Position numbers and translations under genes: made by a program. A stretch of 63,799 nt of DNA, the filler included, from Reclinomonas americana ATCC 50394 (Eukaryota), in the NCBI GenBank assembly GCA_048213135.1. It is 6 parts of 5 records of this genome, joined end to end, with 100 filler letters (N's around TTAATTAATTAA, not from the genome) between each part and the next. Parts side by side here need not be neighbours in the genome. Positions count along the whole stretch, not along the records: positions 61,145 to 63,799 come from PS015324.1; 5 more parts are not named here. The stretch is one strand, 5' to 3'. Positions 62,702 through 63,799 of the stretch are shown here, piece after piece (position 1 is the stretch's first letter; every line of letters starts with the position of its first letter). The notes beneath the pieces were generated by a model. That model worked only from the letters and a program-made list of their open reading frames with translations, had not been told where the DNA came from and searched no databases.

Positions 62702-63799
62702 CTAACTACAACACCTGCACCAAGCGCTATCGTGGTGGTCCCAAAATCTCGCTTCGCAGCAGTTGTAAATGCAAACACAGCAGCTATCACAGCAGCACCT
62801 CTTGGAACCCTGGCAACAACTACGAGTACACGCAGCGCAGCCTCTCCCACACCGTCGAGAGCGAACCGCACAGCCGCGCCCACACGGATAGCAACAACCC
62901 TCACAGCAGCAGTCTCCACACGACTTGGAACACCCGTTGCAGTCGCAACAATCGCGGCACGGGTTGCCACAGTCGCAGAAGAGCACGCAGCGGCACGTCA
63001 TTTCGCAGCAGTACCCGCAAGAGTCAAAACAACTGCGCTTGCTGGGCAGGTTGTAGTAGAGATTGACATCCCAGCGGGGGCACGGAACCGTGCTGGTGTA
63101 GTTGACAGCACCGACATCCATGTCGATACTGATTTCGATATCCGTCTCCTGCACGATCGCGACTGGAGGTCTGCGCGCCGGCGGCACCAGTCCGCGGTCA
63201 ACCGATCTTGAATCGACAACGTACAGCTGCCACTGCTGAAGTCGCCCCGAGTCAATCAGCTGGCTGTCGCGCACTTCGGCGATTCTGCAAGATATATGCA
63301 ACGCGTCAGATGAGCTCTTGCCATCATCTGCACCTTACGAGTACTCACCTTTCGTGTGGCATGTGAAACAGGCGAATGTGAGACAGCGGCTGTTCAAGCT
63401 CCTGTCGCAACCGTGCACGATCGTCATCAGTCCAGCTGGCCACTGTGGTGGCGAACGAGATGTTCGCACGCGCGCTGCACGCGAAACGAGCAAGCTAAGT
63501 TAGTCAGATCTAGAGCGCTTCATCTCTCCAATCACTCGCCGCTCACCAGCCCCAGCGAACAACTGCGTCCCACAGTTGCTCCTCTTGCACCGACATGACA
63601 TCGTGCGACAAGACGCGGCACACGGCTGCCGTACTCGCGTGCAAAAAGGCGTCGCTCTGCATCACCTCGGCAGTCCGCCACTCCACCACTTCCATACACG
63701 CGCGCATCAGTCGCGGAAAGTACACGTCACCGACATCTTCCACGCATAAGCCGTCCTGAGAGCTTGCAGTGAGACGGGTGGAGATGCACATAAATCTAC
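62702..63799 (-). CDS. BACK-domain (probably BTB-BACK) protein with a very Cys-rich C-terminal segment; 5' end outside the window
   Basis: AEVMQSDAFLHAS...VLSHDVMSVQEEQLWDAVVRWG...LSHIRLFHM is BACK-like. Two GT-AG introns (one with a TGACTAAC branch point) join it in frame to the Cys-rich exon. Confidence 0.75.

Noticed and set aside
62609..63211. 200-aa Thr/Ala-rich plus-strand ORF
   Set aside because: Antisense shadow of the Cys-rich minus-strand exon, which is linked by good splice sites to the BACK domain.

Overview
Eukaryotic, intron-rich, microsatellite-laden draft assembly of a flagellated protist (it encodes IFT81 and an axonemal dynein light-chain-domain protein). The window is six scaffolds joined by artificial N-TTAATTAATTAA-N spacers, and at least two internal gap-flanked contigs are mis-oriented. 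Genes spliced by hand: AXDND1-like, VPS34 (partial), a secreted cadherin-repeat protein, a Pro/Ser-rich protein, a GT90 glycosyltransferase, a two-TM protein followed by PFU-like repeats, a CRT-family transporter, an LRR protein, a TPR-ARM-SPRY protein, RPC34/POLR3F, IFT81, a secreted TenA-family protein, a coiled-coil fragment and a BACK-domain/Cys-rich protein. The genetic code looks standard. Main signals: (1) an abundant atypical 5' splice-site class, GTTGCG(T), i.e. the common GTGCGT donor with an extra T. It is supported at about 23 of roughly 120 introns and is never preceded by exonic G, suggesting a shifted or bulged U1/U6 register or variant snRNAs. (2) An EF-hand fused to the CRT-family transporter, visible only after flipping a mis-oriented contig. 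(3) A decayed coding repeat family lying co-oriented just upstream of several genes. (4) A Kolobok-type MITE. (5) A secreted TenA/thiaminase-like enzyme. All gene models and family calls come from manual reading and recalled motifs; no searches were run.
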